The position numbers were made by a program, and so were the translations under genes. From a virus: DNA of 59,630 nucleotides. The stretch lies in UHGV virus genome UHGV-1287413; one strand, 5' to 3'. Below, in pieces: positions 38,140 to 46,358 of the stretch (within the stretch, counting starts at the first letter, position 1; the number at the start of each line of letters is the position of its first letter). Below the pieces are notes generated by a model. That model worked only from the letters and a program-made list of their open reading frames with translations, searched no databases and was not told the DNA's origin.

Positions 38140-38780
38140 GCTAGTGCAATGCTACCGCAGGCCGCGCCGTGTAACCTTGTAACCTTTGTTAGTTATCAAT
38201 CACTTAGCCCAGCACGATTTACTGCGCGTGCAATAGCAGCCATGCCCGCAGCCCGCGCCACGCCTGGCCCTGCCCACACTGCCCGCGCAATAGCAGCACG
38301 ATATTTTGTGTAATGTAACCGCGATGTAACCAAATTCTGTACTGATAAGGGGCGGCAAGTTGTTGTTTTTAATTAATTTAATCTTATTGGATTGATATTA
38401 GCATAACTTTGTAACCGGATTTTCACGGTGCATCTCGTGCGCGACACTTTGCCGCCTTTACTGTGCGCGTGTATACGACACGACGCGCAACCCACAGAGC
38501 GCCGCTTTTCCCGGTTACACGGTAACACGCGACGCATCAATAACTTACGTGGTTACAAGACGGTTACACGGTTACAAGCCACCTATCTAGCATAATCCAC
38601 TGAATCCGCCCTGCTATCGCGGCATGTGCGCGGGTTAATCTGGCGGGGCTTGCATTGCGCACAAGGCAGGCGTGGCGCGGCCTGTGTGCTAGTGTGCGCC
38701 GCCTTGCAATGTGGGCTGTGCTCGCGTAGGCGTGCGTAGTGCGCAATGCGCGTTTCCCTGCCTAACGTGCAATGCAGGCT
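38140..38780. repeat. control region with iteron-like repeats: TGTAACC five times direct at 38170-38416, GGTTACA five times inverted at 38513-38576, a 60-nt AT-rich island at 38350-38405, and TGCAATG/GCAATAGCAGC repeats
   Basis: Read directly from the sequence; no ORF of credible composition across the region. Confidence 0.6.
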
Positions 38781-38795
38781 ATCAATCTAATCCGC

Positions 38796-38824
38796 TTGAC
38801 ATTGCGGGGGGTGCCCTGTATTGT
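38796..38824 (+). promoter_or_regulatory. sigma70-like early promoter on the + strand (TTGACA, 17 nt spacer, TATTGT)
   Basis: tccgcTTGACAttgcggggggtgccctgTATTGTgaatc. Confidence 0.5.
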
Positions 38825-38897
38825 GAATCCCATAGCAGCACGACACGGAAACAACGTAGCGGCGCTGTTATAGCAAGCGGGTAGCAGTAATATCCGC

Positions 38898-38926
38898 TTG
38901 ACAATCCGAAAGGACTGAGGCAAGAT
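38898..38926 (+). promoter_or_regulatory. second + strand promoter candidate with the same tccgcTTGACA upstream context and a weak -10 (CAAGAT)
   Basis: atatccgcTTGACAatccgaaaggactgaggCAAGAT. Confidence 0.35.
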
Positions 38927-39165
38927 GGCCTCACATTACAACGGTGAGGGGCAACACTGAAACGCCCTAGCGACCCGACGACAGGGAAGCGAATGCTCTT
39001 TTACAATGTGGATATCTTACCGCCATCCGTTGCAGTTAGGTTGGTCCCTGAGAGGCTCAAGGGCTATAGATACCGGGGAAGTTTACCGGGTGCATACCGA
39101 CCGAAGCGATGAGACCGAAAAGAGGCGGACACACAAAGGCCATAAAAGCCGATTAACATCGGCGC

Positions 39166-39222
39166 GAAGCGGAAACGTAAAGTAGCTGGCTGGGGATAGC
39201 ATGAAGCGGAAACGTTAAGTAG
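39166..39222 (+). repeat. two 20-nt direct repeats, GAAGCGGAAACGT(A/T)AAGTAG, 37 nt apart, in the early leader
   Basis: 39166-39185 and 39203-39222 differ at one position. Confidence 0.6.
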
Positions 39223-39283
39223 TGCTAGTGTCTACGGGTGGCAAGGGGGAGGCTGATAAGTCGGGCGCATAGGGTTAATGAGC

Positions 39284-39324
39284 TAATGCCGCCATAGTCT
39301 GAAGCATAACATTATGGCGGCATT
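39284..39324 (+). promoter_or_regulatory. perfect 11-bp inverted repeat, aatgccgccat...atggcggcatt, with an 18-nt loop just upstream of the first early gene
   Basis: Loop contains cataacattatgg; a related ggcggcat/atgccgcc hairpin recurs at 39787-39813. Confidence 0.55.
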
Positions 39325-39359
39325 GTCGGATTAACTGGTGAATATAATAGGGTGAGACG

Positions 39360-39548
39360 ATGAGAACGACACTGAAGACGCGCCAATATCTATCCCGGCA
39401 GTGCAAGCGCATGAGTGCGGCGGAGTACCGCGAGTGCGTAGCGTTGGCACAGCGTGCGGCGGGTGAGTCAATGAAGCGCTGCAATAATCCGGGTTTGGCG
39501 TGGGAGCTGGGCATGAGTGCGCTCAAGTTCCATATAGCGATGGCGTAA
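39360..39548 (+). CDS. early protein, 62 aa, hypothetical
   Basis: ORF; TATAAT at 39343-39348 lies just upstream. Confidence 0.4.
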   Translation: MRTTLKTRQYLSRQCKRMSAAEYRECVALAQRAAGESMKRCNNPGLAWELGMSALKFHIAMA

Positions 39549-39563
39549 GGCAGGGGGTGGAGC

Positions 39564-39779
39564 GTGGAGAAGTTCAAGCGCGGCATGGTAACCAAAGAGC
39601 GTTACGGGATAGAGATCAGCGAGACTTACGAGGTCCGCCCGCTGGAGGATGGGCGGGCGCGGCTGTACTACTGGTGCCACGAGTTTAAGGTGTGGCGTCA
39701 CGCGTTTACTTTGCTCAATGAAGAAAGCGCGGTGAGTGTAGGCGAGCATATGATAAGGAATCGTCTGGAGCAACGTTGA
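39564..39779 (+). CDS. early protein, 71 aa, hypothetical
   Basis: ORF followed by the hairpin ggcggcat-tcatgagagag-tgccgcc. Confidence 0.4.
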   Translation: MEKFKRGMVTKERYGIEISETYEVRPLEDGRARLYYWCHEFKVWRHAFTLLNEESAVSVGEHMIRNRLEQR

Positions 39780-39841
39780 CAGAATCGGCGGCATTCATGA
39801 GAGAGTGCCGCCCGTTATGTTAATCAACTGGAGTTAAGACG

Positions 39842-40072
39842 ATGGCGAAATATCAGGGGCACAAGAACTGGAATCATTGGAACGTTAGCCTGTGGATCAA
39901 CAATGACGAGGGGCTGTACAAGCTGGCGCGTGAGTGCATACGCAACAGCGCTAACCGCGACGCCGCCGCCCGCCTGATGCTGGAAAGTATAGGAGAGATG
40001 GGCAAGGCGGAAACGCCGGACGGCGCACCGTATAGCGTGGCAACCATACGGGCGGCAATGGTGGGAATATGA
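39842..40072 (+). CDS. early protein, 76 aa, hypothetical
   Basis: RBS ggagttaagacgATG. Confidence 0.45.
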   Translation: MAKYQGHKNWNHWNVSLWINNDEGLYKLARECIRNSANRDAAARLMLESIGEMGKAETPDGAPYSVATIRAAMVGI

Positions 40073-40224
40073 TCTATATCGTGTGGTTCATCAACTTCCA
40101 CGGCGGAGAAGATTTTAGCGGGGCGTTCTCAACGCAGGATAAAGCCCAAGCCTATATTGACCGCTTCGGGCCGGGGGAACGCGGGTCAATGCGAGTAGAG
40201 GCATACCCGCTAGATGATGAGTAG
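40069..40224 (+). CDS. early protein, 51 aa (MIYIVWFINFHGGEDFSGAF...); not in the ORF track
   Basis: Start overlaps the upstream stop (ATGA). Confidence 0.3.
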   Translation: MIYIVWFINFHGGEDFSGAFSTQDKAQAYIDRFGPGERGSMRVEAYPLDDE

Positions 40225-40286
40225 TAGATATAACAGGCGATACTTTGCGGAGTGTCGCCGATTATATCAACAGAAGGAGTAATATC

Positions 40287-40673
40287 ATGGTTAAAGAATT
40301 TGCGGTTCGCTGGACCGTCTCACGCGGCCAGGACACCTACGGCTATAACATCTGCACTATAGTAGGCGAGGGGATCAGAGGGCGTTGCATGGGTGGCGGC
40401 TACGATATGCTGGGCACCAGTCTGGCCCAAGTCACAATGGCACTATTCCCGGAGTGGTTCGACGGCACCCGTGAGGTTAGCGACGACACAATCCGGGACT
40501 ACTACGGCCTGCATCGCACCAGCAACGGGTTGTACCTTAACGGCGCGTGCGGGGTGGAGTGTGTCGAGCGTGTGCTGCGTGACCTGATAGGGGTGCGTGT
40601 CGAGTGGGAGTACAGCCGGGATCGCAAGGGTCGCATTAAAGACAAAAGCGGCCTGACAATTTCATGGGGGTAA
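40287..40673 (+). CDS. early protein, 128 aa, hypothetical
   Basis: RBS aaggagTAATATCATGG, a variant of the recurrent start-site motif. Confidence 0.45.
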   Translation: MVKEFAVRWTVSRGQDTYGYNICTIVGEGIRGRCMGGGYDMLGTSLAQVTMALFPEWFDGTREVSDDTIRDYYGLHRTSNGLYLNGACGVECVERVLRDLIGVRVEWEYSRDRKGRIKDKSGLTISWG

Positions 40674-40675
40674 GT

Positions 40676-40924
40676 ATGGCTAAGTTTACAAAAGCACAGC
40701 GGCAGGAGCTGGAGCGCACTAGGTACAATCTGGAGCGCGGGATAGCCTTCCTGAAGAGTCCGCGTATTGAGGTATGTATGCAAACGAATTTTCCCGGCAA
40801 GCAGGATTATCTGGCACACGATGGGAAGACGGGGGTAACTCCGCTAAACATCGAGATCGGTTCGGATATTGTGGGGTTTTACCACGCGCTAAAAATAGTC
40901 AATGAGTTATTGGCGGACTACTGA
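40676..40924 (+). CDS. early protein, 82 aa, hypothetical
   Basis: ggggtaagtATG; an alternative ATG lies at 40664. Confidence 0.4.
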   Translation: MAKFTKAQRQELERTRYNLERGIAFLKSPRIEVCMQTNFPGKQDYLAHDGKTGVTPLNIEIGSDIVGFYHALKIVNELLADY

Positions 40925-40987
40925 CCATAGCAGGGCGTCGCCGGGTGCGGCGTCCGATTATGTTTAGTGATGAGTGAGGGCAGAACT

Positions 40988-41320
40988 ATGAAAATGATCG
41001 CGGAGGATTACGGCTTGTTAAAGGGGCTGGTGCTGCGTGTGGTTGATTACAACAAAGCGCCTGACGAAACGCCAGCGCAATTTGTCGAGCGCTATGCGGA
41101 GCATATGCAGGTGAAGCATCCTAACATTAAAGATAAATTCAAGGCTTGTCGCTGGCAGTTGTTCCATGCGGCGGTGCGCCAGCCTACTGAGTTCGACGGG
41201 CAGCGCTTCACCGGGAAAAGTTCCAGCATGTTAGGGTTCTACGGGAAGTTGTCTGCGTACCTGAACGACAACCACATAGACACGGCGCTCCGCCAGATAG
41301 TGAAGGAGATCACCCGATGA
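40988..41320 (+). CDS. early protein, about 110 aa, hypothetical
   Basis: tgagtgagggcagaactATG; the track starts at a GTG at 40967. Confidence 0.4.
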   Translation: MKMIAEDYGLLKGLVLRVVDYNKAPDETPAQFVERYAEHMQVKHPNIKDKFKACRWQLFHAAVRQPTEFDGQRFTGKSSSMLGFYGKLSAYLNDNHIDTALRQIVKEITR

Positions 41321-41559
41321 GTAACGCGCTGGCTGTGGCGGTGCGGACAATAGCACTGCGTGATTATACTGTGACCTGTAGGGAAGACGGGCGCTGGATA
41401 GGCAAGGCAACGGCGGAGAGTGACGCGCCGCTGGTGCTGGTGGATGCTGAGACTAAGGGCAGCGCATACGCGATGCTGGTGGACCACATCTGTAAGAATC
41501 GCCGCGAGGATATCCGGGCGATGGTGGCAGATATCAAACGGATGGAGCGGGGCGCATGA
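41317..41559 (+). CDS. early protein, 80 aa, hypothetical
   Basis: ATGA overlaps on both sides. Confidence 0.45.
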   Translation: MSNALAVAVRTIALRDYTVTCREDGRWIGKATAESDAPLVLVDAETKGSAYAMLVDHICKNRREDIRAMVADIKRMERGA

Positions 41560-41723
41560 CCTACTACGAAAGCGCGGAGGGCGTGGAGATATGCCGCGCC
41601 CGTGCAATTAAAGAGCTGGTGTGCCACGGCATACCGGAGGATGAGCAGGCCGAATTTTTCACGGACTGCGGGGACAAAGAGAACTACGCGGCACAAGTTG
41701 TGCTCGCCTGGCTGGGGTATTGA
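41556..41723 (+). CDS. early protein, 55 aa (MTYYESAEGVEICRARAIKELVCHG...); not in the ORF track
   Basis: Fills the gap between coupled genes. Confidence 0.3.
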   Translation: MTYYESAEGVEICRARAIKELVCHGIPEDEQAEFFTDCGDKENYAAQVVLAWLGY

Positions 41724-41724
41724 G

Positions 41725-42177
41725 ATGATAGAACTTAGGGCGGTAGCGGTGGAGGACACCGGGCGCGGGTTGAACAGCGCCAACTACACACTGACGGAGC
41801 GCGAAGGGTTGACGTTGTTCCGGCTTGACTGGCGGCGAGACGACGAGGACGAGTGGTCCGACGAGCGCGGCGCGTGTGTCTTTTGGGCGACGACACAAGA
41901 GACGGCGCTTGACGAGCTGGCGCATAACGTGCGCACGTTCTTGCGGTCCGATCTCAATGAGTTCTCCACGGATGAGGACTTAAGTTCGCCACGGGTTCAA
42001 GTGTGGGTGAACAGTATCAGGCCGGAGTTGCTTTGTCTGGACTGGTACGCGGGCGTGTCCAGTGTCGTCGAAATGAATGCGCACGTTGGCTACGTGGTGC
42101 GCAAGTTCGCGGAGCTGGTGGACCAGCTGAAGGGACACCAGATACTGGACCGGGTAGCAGACTTCGACCTGCCATAA
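41725..42177 (+). CDS. early protein, 150 aa, acidic, hypothetical
   Basis: The track ORF begins upstream at 41602; the first ATG after the previous stop is at 41725. Confidence 0.4.
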   Translation: MIELRAVAVEDTGRGLNSANYTLTEREGLTLFRLDWRRDDEDEWSDERGACVFWATTQETALDELAHNVRTFLRSDLNEFSTDEDLSSPRVQVWVNSIRPELLCLDWYAGVSSVVEMNAHVGYVVRKFAELVDQLKGHQILDRVADFDLP

Positions 42178-42254
42178 CAATATGGCCTGTGAAATATGGA
42201 AGCCGCGAGGCCGTGAGTAGCAGGCCATATGATTATGGTATCAGGTATATCAGA

Positions 42255-42284
42255 TTGACAGTGTAGGCGTGTTGTGTCTACACT
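42255..42284 (+). promoter_or_regulatory. sigma70-like internal promoter (TTGACA, 18 nt spacer, TACACT) preceded by a 10-bp inverted repeat, atatggcctg/caggccatat
   Basis: cagaTTGACAgtgtaggcgtgttgtgtcTACACTatcc. Confidence 0.45.
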
Positions 42285-42307
42285 ATCCGAACCGACAACA
42301 CGAGGGC

Positions 42308-42802
42308 ATGACTATGAGCTTTGAACTTTCCGACAACTTCAACGACGATGTGATCGACGTGCGCGACATTATAGAACGCGTGGAAGATTTACGCGGCGAG
42401 CGTGACAGCGGAGCGCAAGACTATCTGGACTACTGCGAAGCCAAAGGCGGCGAGGCAGAGTGGGACGAGGGCGAGGCGAAGTGGGCGGAGGATAACCCGG
42501 AGGATGCCCGCGAGCTGGCGATACTGGAAGACTTCCTGTCTGACCTGAAAGGCTACGGCGGCGATGAGCAATGGGAAGGCGACTGGTATCCGGTGACGCT
42601 GGTCAACTCCGACTACTTCACCACGTATGCGCAAGAGCTGGCCGAAGAAATAGCGGAGCCGGGTATGCGTGAGGCGGCGTGGCCGTATCGCCACATTGAT
42701 TGGGAGGCTGCGGCGAACGAGTTGCAGCAGGACTACAGCACGGCGGACCTGAAGCCGATGGAAGAAGGCGGCGAGGCTGCGACGTACTATTACCGGGGGT
42801 AA
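42308..42802 (+). CDS. strongly acidic early protein (about 30% Asp and Glu); candidate DNA-mimic or anti-restriction protein
   Basis: Sequence EDLRGERDSGAQDYLDYCEAKGGEAEWDEGEAKWAEDNPEDARELAILEDFLSDLKGYGGDEQWEGDWY; first gene after the internal promoter. Confidence 0.45.
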   Translation: MTMSFELSDNFNDDVIDVRDIIERVEDLRGERDSGAQDYLDYCEAKGGEAEWDEGEAKWAEDNPEDARELAILEDFLSDLKGYGGDEQWEGDWYPVTLVNSDYFTTYAQELAEEIAEPGMREAAWPYRHIDWEAAANELQQDYSTADLKPMEEGGEAATYYYRG

Positions 42803-42804
42803 CG

Positions 42805-43290
42805 ATGACCGATAAGAAATATGTTCTTGTTCCGGGGGGCCGCATGGGGCTGTACCGGGTAAAGGCGCTGCGTGATTTCGCCGATGTTAAAGCGGGCGAC
42901 ATCGGCGGGATGGTGGAGGGTGAGGATAATCTTAGCCACGAGGGCGACGCGTGGGTGTACGACGAGGCGTTGGTGGCTGGACGCGGACGAGTAGAAGGCA
43001 ATGCGAAAGTACGCGGACAGGCTTCAGTGATAACAGATCGCGAGTGGCGCGGACGTGCGGCGATGGTGTATGGCAACGCCGTGGTTAAGGACAGCGCGAC
43101 GGTACGCAAAGGCGGACGGGTACACGGACACGCCATAGTACAGGACAACGGGGCGGTGACTGGCAACGCAGAGCTTTCCGGGACGGCGGTAGTCCGGGAC
43201 CATGCACGGGCACAGGGTAACGTAGTGTTCACAGAGATGGTCCTGTCTGGAAACGAACGACGCAACGCGATGCCTAACTACGGGGGTTAA
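42805..43290 (+). CDS. early protein with degenerate beta-solenoid-type repeats of about 12 aa (V.GNA.V.G.A)
   Basis: GRGRVEGNAKVRGQASV / YGNAVVKDSATVRKGGRVHGHAIVQDNGAVTGNAELSGTAVVRDHARAQGNVVF. Confidence 0.45.
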   Translation: MTDKKYVLVPGGRMGLYRVKALRDFADVKAGDIGGMVEGEDNLSHEGDAWVYDEALVAGRGRVEGNAKVRGQASVITDREWRGRAAMVYGNAVVKDSATVRKGGRVHGHAIVQDNGAVTGNAELSGTAVVRDHARAQGNVVFTEMVLSGNERRNAMPNYGG

Positions 43291-43292
43291 CT

Positions 43293-43679
43293 ATGCGAGC
43301 AAGAGGAACAGGCGCGGGCGAGTTGCAGGAATTGTACCTCGACTACGTGAACAACTACCTGACCGTGATGGCCTTTGCGGCGGACCACGGGATGACTGAA
43401 GGCGAAGCACACCGCACGCTTCAGGCAGGGCACAAAGTGCATGAGACGTATGCGGAGTGGTGCAAGGGGGCGGAGATAGCCAAGCACCTGACAGCACGCG
43501 AGCGGGAAGCGCTGTACCGTGAGTTTAACGAGTGGTGGGACAGTCTGGCGGAGCCGTGGGAAGGCGATGGCTATGCCGCCGCCTGGGCTGCGTGGTTGCA
43601 CTGTAACTATAAGCGCACCGGGCTGGACTATTCACTAACCGAACGGGGGAAGGATGAGCACAAGACAACAGGCGATTAA
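43293..43679 (+). CDS. early protein, 128 aa, Trp-rich, hypothetical
   Basis: ORF. Confidence 0.45.
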   Translation: MRARGTGAGELQELYLDYVNNYLTVMAFAADHGMTEGEAHRTLQAGHKVHETYAEWCKGAEIAKHLTAREREALYREFNEWWDSLAEPWEGDGYAAAWAAWLHCNYKRTGLDYSLTERGKDEHKTTGD

Positions 43680-43902
43680 TCGCTACGAGTTATGGCTGGC
43701 GGCGGCACGTCGAAGCGGGGAACCGCGTGTGACATACGCTTGCCCGTACTGTAAGCATTCGCTGGTGACGCTGAAGCCAGCGGCGGGTGTGACGTGGGAC
43801 AGCTTCAGCACTTGCCCCTACTGCGGGGGCACATTCTTTAAACAAATCGGCACGAACCACAAGGGCGAGGCCGAAGTGACAACAACTAACTACGAGGTCT
43901 GA
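43654..43902 (+). CDS. zinc-ribbon protein, 82 aa (CPYC...CPYCGG)
   Basis: Two CPYC motifs 30 aa apart. Confidence 0.5.
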   Translation: MSTRQQAINRYELWLAAARRSGEPRVTYACPYCKHSLVTLKPAAGVTWDSFSTCPYCGGTFFKQIGTNHKGEAEVTTTNYEV

Positions 43903-43903
43903 G

Positions 43904-44260
43904 ATGGAAAAGCTGATTGGTCGCAACGTAACTATGGTAGTTGATCCGGGTATGCTTAATGTTGGCTGCACGACTGGCGATATCATTTTCGCCGAGCCGT
44001 ATGTGACACGGGGCGAGAATACTAACGCGCTGTTCTTGATGGAATCCACTGGCCGGAGTGGACACAAGCTGTACTCCTTATCGGCAGCGGAGCTTGAGCT
44101 GGTACGCGACGAGCCGGACGGGCGCTTTGAGAATGTGACGTGCATCGCCAGCAGTGAGCCGGGGCATTGTGCGGGGGTAGCGGCGGCGCTGCGTAAGCTG
44201 GCGGACAGGCTGGATAGTCTGGAGCTGGCGAACAACATGCCGACTACGCTGAACGCGTAA
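43904..44260 (+). CDS. early protein, 118 aa, hypothetical
   Basis: ORF. Confidence 0.45.
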   Translation: MEKLIGRNVTMVVDPGMLNVGCTTGDIIFAEPYVTRGENTNALFLMESTGRSGHKLYSLSAAELELVRDEPDGRFENVTCIASSEPGHCAGVAAALRKLADRLDSLELANNMPTTLNA

Positions 44261-44303
44261 TAGCTAAGGCATCCTGTGGGGTGCCTTGTCGATTACACGA
44301 GAG

Positions 44304-44646
44304 GATAGAGACGATGGAACTTACAGCGATGTTTATATATGGCGGCTACCGTGATGTGCTGGGCACTGAAGGGAAGGACAGCAGCCTTATCAACGAAACG
44401 TATTGCGGGGGCGGCGAAGTGGAAGCGGCGCGTGCCCTGAATTGTGTAGCGGATGACGTGGATAACGCGGTCACTCCACTGCTGGCAGAGCAGGACGGAC
44501 CCGGCGTGTGGTACTACGATGTAGCCGAGCCGCTGGGGGCATGGATTGCAGAGACGGCGGCGGCTGGTGTACGGGTGGACGAGTCCGACATTGTAGCGAA
44601 GGCCGTCGAACTTACTAATGAATGGTTGAGCGAGGTTAACCAATAA
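44304..44646 (+). CDS. early protein, about 114 aa, acidic, hypothetical
   Basis: gagaggatagagacgATG; the track starts upstream at 44281. Confidence 0.4.
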
Positions 44647-44650
44647 TATT

Positions 44651-45517
44651 ATGGCTGGAATTAAACTTACCCTGCGTATCAAAGGACACGACAGCGAGCG
44701 CCGTACAGCAACGGCGCGTAACGCGGCGCACCTGAAAGATATCTGCCGTCGCTGGTTGGCTGGTCACAGTGACCGTGGCATCCGTGCGGAGTACATGGGA
44801 CACAACACCAACACGCCACACGGCGAGCCGCATGATGTGGTGGCGGACTACATCCAGATATGGGCAACAGATCGCGGATGGGAACAGGAAGACCCGAAGG
44901 CCGAACAGCGTGAGGTTCTCATGCAGGCGTTCCGTGTGCCTGCTGGGCTGGATGTTGAGAAGGTTATCCGCGAAGCACTGGACAACGGACCTGCGCCAGC
45001 GTCTGCGGTGGAAGCAGGCCAGCGTGTTCACGAAGCGATTGAACGTGAAGTCATCCGCATGAACACGCCGGAGCCGTGCCCGCGTATGCGTGACGGGAAC
45101 CAGCGCTTCAACATGCTGATGCACAGGGCGTTTGGTCCGGGGGGCGTGAATGTTGACGCACTGATTGAGGCGTTCCAGCTGCTGGATGACAACGCCAAGC
45201 TGCACCAGCCAGAGCGTGCGATGAACGCGCCGGGGTACGAACATCTGGCGGCGGTGCTGAAGGATGCGTATGCACAAGCGGCGTTCGGCAAAGGCAAGGA
45301 GCGCCACGCTAACGACCTGCCGTTCGACCACCAGCCGATGCAGGCTATCAGCCGCCTGCTGGGTAACCCTACGGGGATGACCTATCAGGTGTGCAAGAAG
45401 GTAGTCGAGGCGATGAACATGAAAGACCATGCCGCCCGTCGCCGCGAGCTGCTGGGTGCCATCGTGTATCTGGCTGGCGTCATTGTGTATGAGGACAATG
45501 AGCATGGCAAAAGCTAA
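44651..45517 (+). CDS. 288-aa protein, possibly a nucleotide-metabolism enzyme (low-confidence resemblance to all-alpha NTP pyrophosphohydrolases in the C-terminal half)
   Basis: Start in caaTAATATTATGGCT; C-terminal KVVEAMNMKDHAARRRELLGAIVYLAGVIVYED. Confidence 0.35.
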   Translation: MAGIKLTLRIKGHDSERRTATARNAAHLKDICRRWLAGHSDRGIRAEYMGHNTNTPHGEPHDVVADYIQIWATDRGWEQEDPKAEQREVLMQAFRVPAGLDVEKVIREALDNGPAPASAVEAGQRVHEAIEREVIRMNTPEPCPRMRDGNQRFNMLMHRAFGPGGVNVDALIEAFQLLDDNAKLHQPERAMNAPGYEHLAAVLKDAYAQAAFGKGKERHANDLPFDHQPMQAISRLLGNPTGMTYQVCKKVVEAMNMKDHAARRRELLGAIVYLAGVIVYEDNEHGKS

Positions 45518-45833
45518 AAAGCAGATTCGCAAGGCAGATATTATTATCGTGCATGGGCCACAGGGATGCGGCAAGACCACAAACATGTACCGCATCGCAG
45601 ACTATTTTGGCGCGAATGTAATTCGTGACGAGCAATGCAGTACCGAGTGGCCGTGCCCGCTTTCTCTGCGGAGGAACCAGCGGGTTCTGTATTTGTGCCA
45701 GCAGGGGCAGATGCTGGATAAGAATACGCTCACACGCATCGGGCGGTATGTAGCAGAGGGTTGGATTGTTCGCGCTGTCCCGTTCAAAGATTTGCCACCG
45801 GAGGTAATTGATGGCGATGCCAAGAGCAAGTGA
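45504..45833 (+). CDS. small P-loop NTPase or kinase, 109 aa
   Basis: Walker A IIVHGPQGCGKTT. Confidence 0.55.
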   Translation: MAKAKKQIRKADIIIVHGPQGCGKTTNMYRIADYFGANVIRDEQCSTEWPCPLSLRRNQRVLYLCQQGQMLDKNTLTRIGRYVAEGWIVRAVPFKDLPPEVIDGDAKSK

Positions 45834-46164
45834 GCTGTACCCGGTCCATCCGTGGATGGAAAAGTATTTCCTGATGTTCAACAACACGGGCGGCAATGAT
45901 GTGGTGGAGCTGCTGCACGATGACGACACGTCTGCGTTCGCGAACGTGGTGCGGTATCTCCTGATTTGCAGCGTGCGCTCACAGTACACGCTGCTTCTGA
46001 AACTACATGAGGCAGAGGCACTCCACGAGATTAGTGGGGGCGCACCTTGTGGGTCGGGCGATATGCTACAGAGATGGGTTATGTTCGGCAAGGCTATGCA
46101 GAAAGCTGGGTGTGATTTGCCACACAACCTGATCGCAGAGACAGAAGAATTGCTGAAGGAGTAG
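45811..46164 (+). CDS. early protein, 117 aa, hypothetical
   Basis: RBS ggaggtaattgATGG. Confidence 0.45.
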   Translation: MAMPRASELYPVHPWMEKYFLMFNNTGGNDVVELLHDDDTSAFANVVRYLLICSVRSQYTLLLKLHEAEALHEISGGAPCGSGDMLQRWVMFGKAMQKAGCDLPHNLIAETEELLKE

Positions 46165-46166
46165 GT

Positions 46167-46355
46167 ATGTTCAAGATGGCGATGGTGGCAGTGCTTGCCA
46201 TCGCCCTCACTGGCTGCGTGAAGTACACGAACAGTGCGGGCGAGAAATGCACGACGAGTCTGGACCCGACAGCATGGGTGATGACTGGCGTTAACGCCGT
46301 GGGCGCTGGGGTGGATACCTCCAGCATGGTACACAAGTGCGAACCAGCGGAGTAA
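46167..46355 (+). CDS. small lipoprotein, 62 aa; superinfection-exclusion candidate
   Basis: Signal peptide plus lipobox MFKMAMVAVLAIALTGC. Confidence 0.55.
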   Translation: MFKMAMVAVLAIALTGCVKYTNSAGEKCTTSLDPTAWVMTGVNAVGAGVDTSSMVHKCEPAE

Positions 46356-46358
46356 GAC

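Noticed and set aside
39343-39348. TATAAT hexamer 11 nt upstream of the first early start codon, as a promoter
   Set aside because: There is no acceptable -35 element at the right spacing, and a promoter here would leave no room for an RBS. It is more likely part of the AT-rich translation-initiation region.
37500-39360. tRNA genes or a CRISPR array in the non-coding region
   Set aside because: No cloverleaf-compatible sequence with a T-loop (GTTCRANYC) was found. The repeats are 7-20 nt and irregularly spaced, not 28-37-nt repeats with unique spacers.
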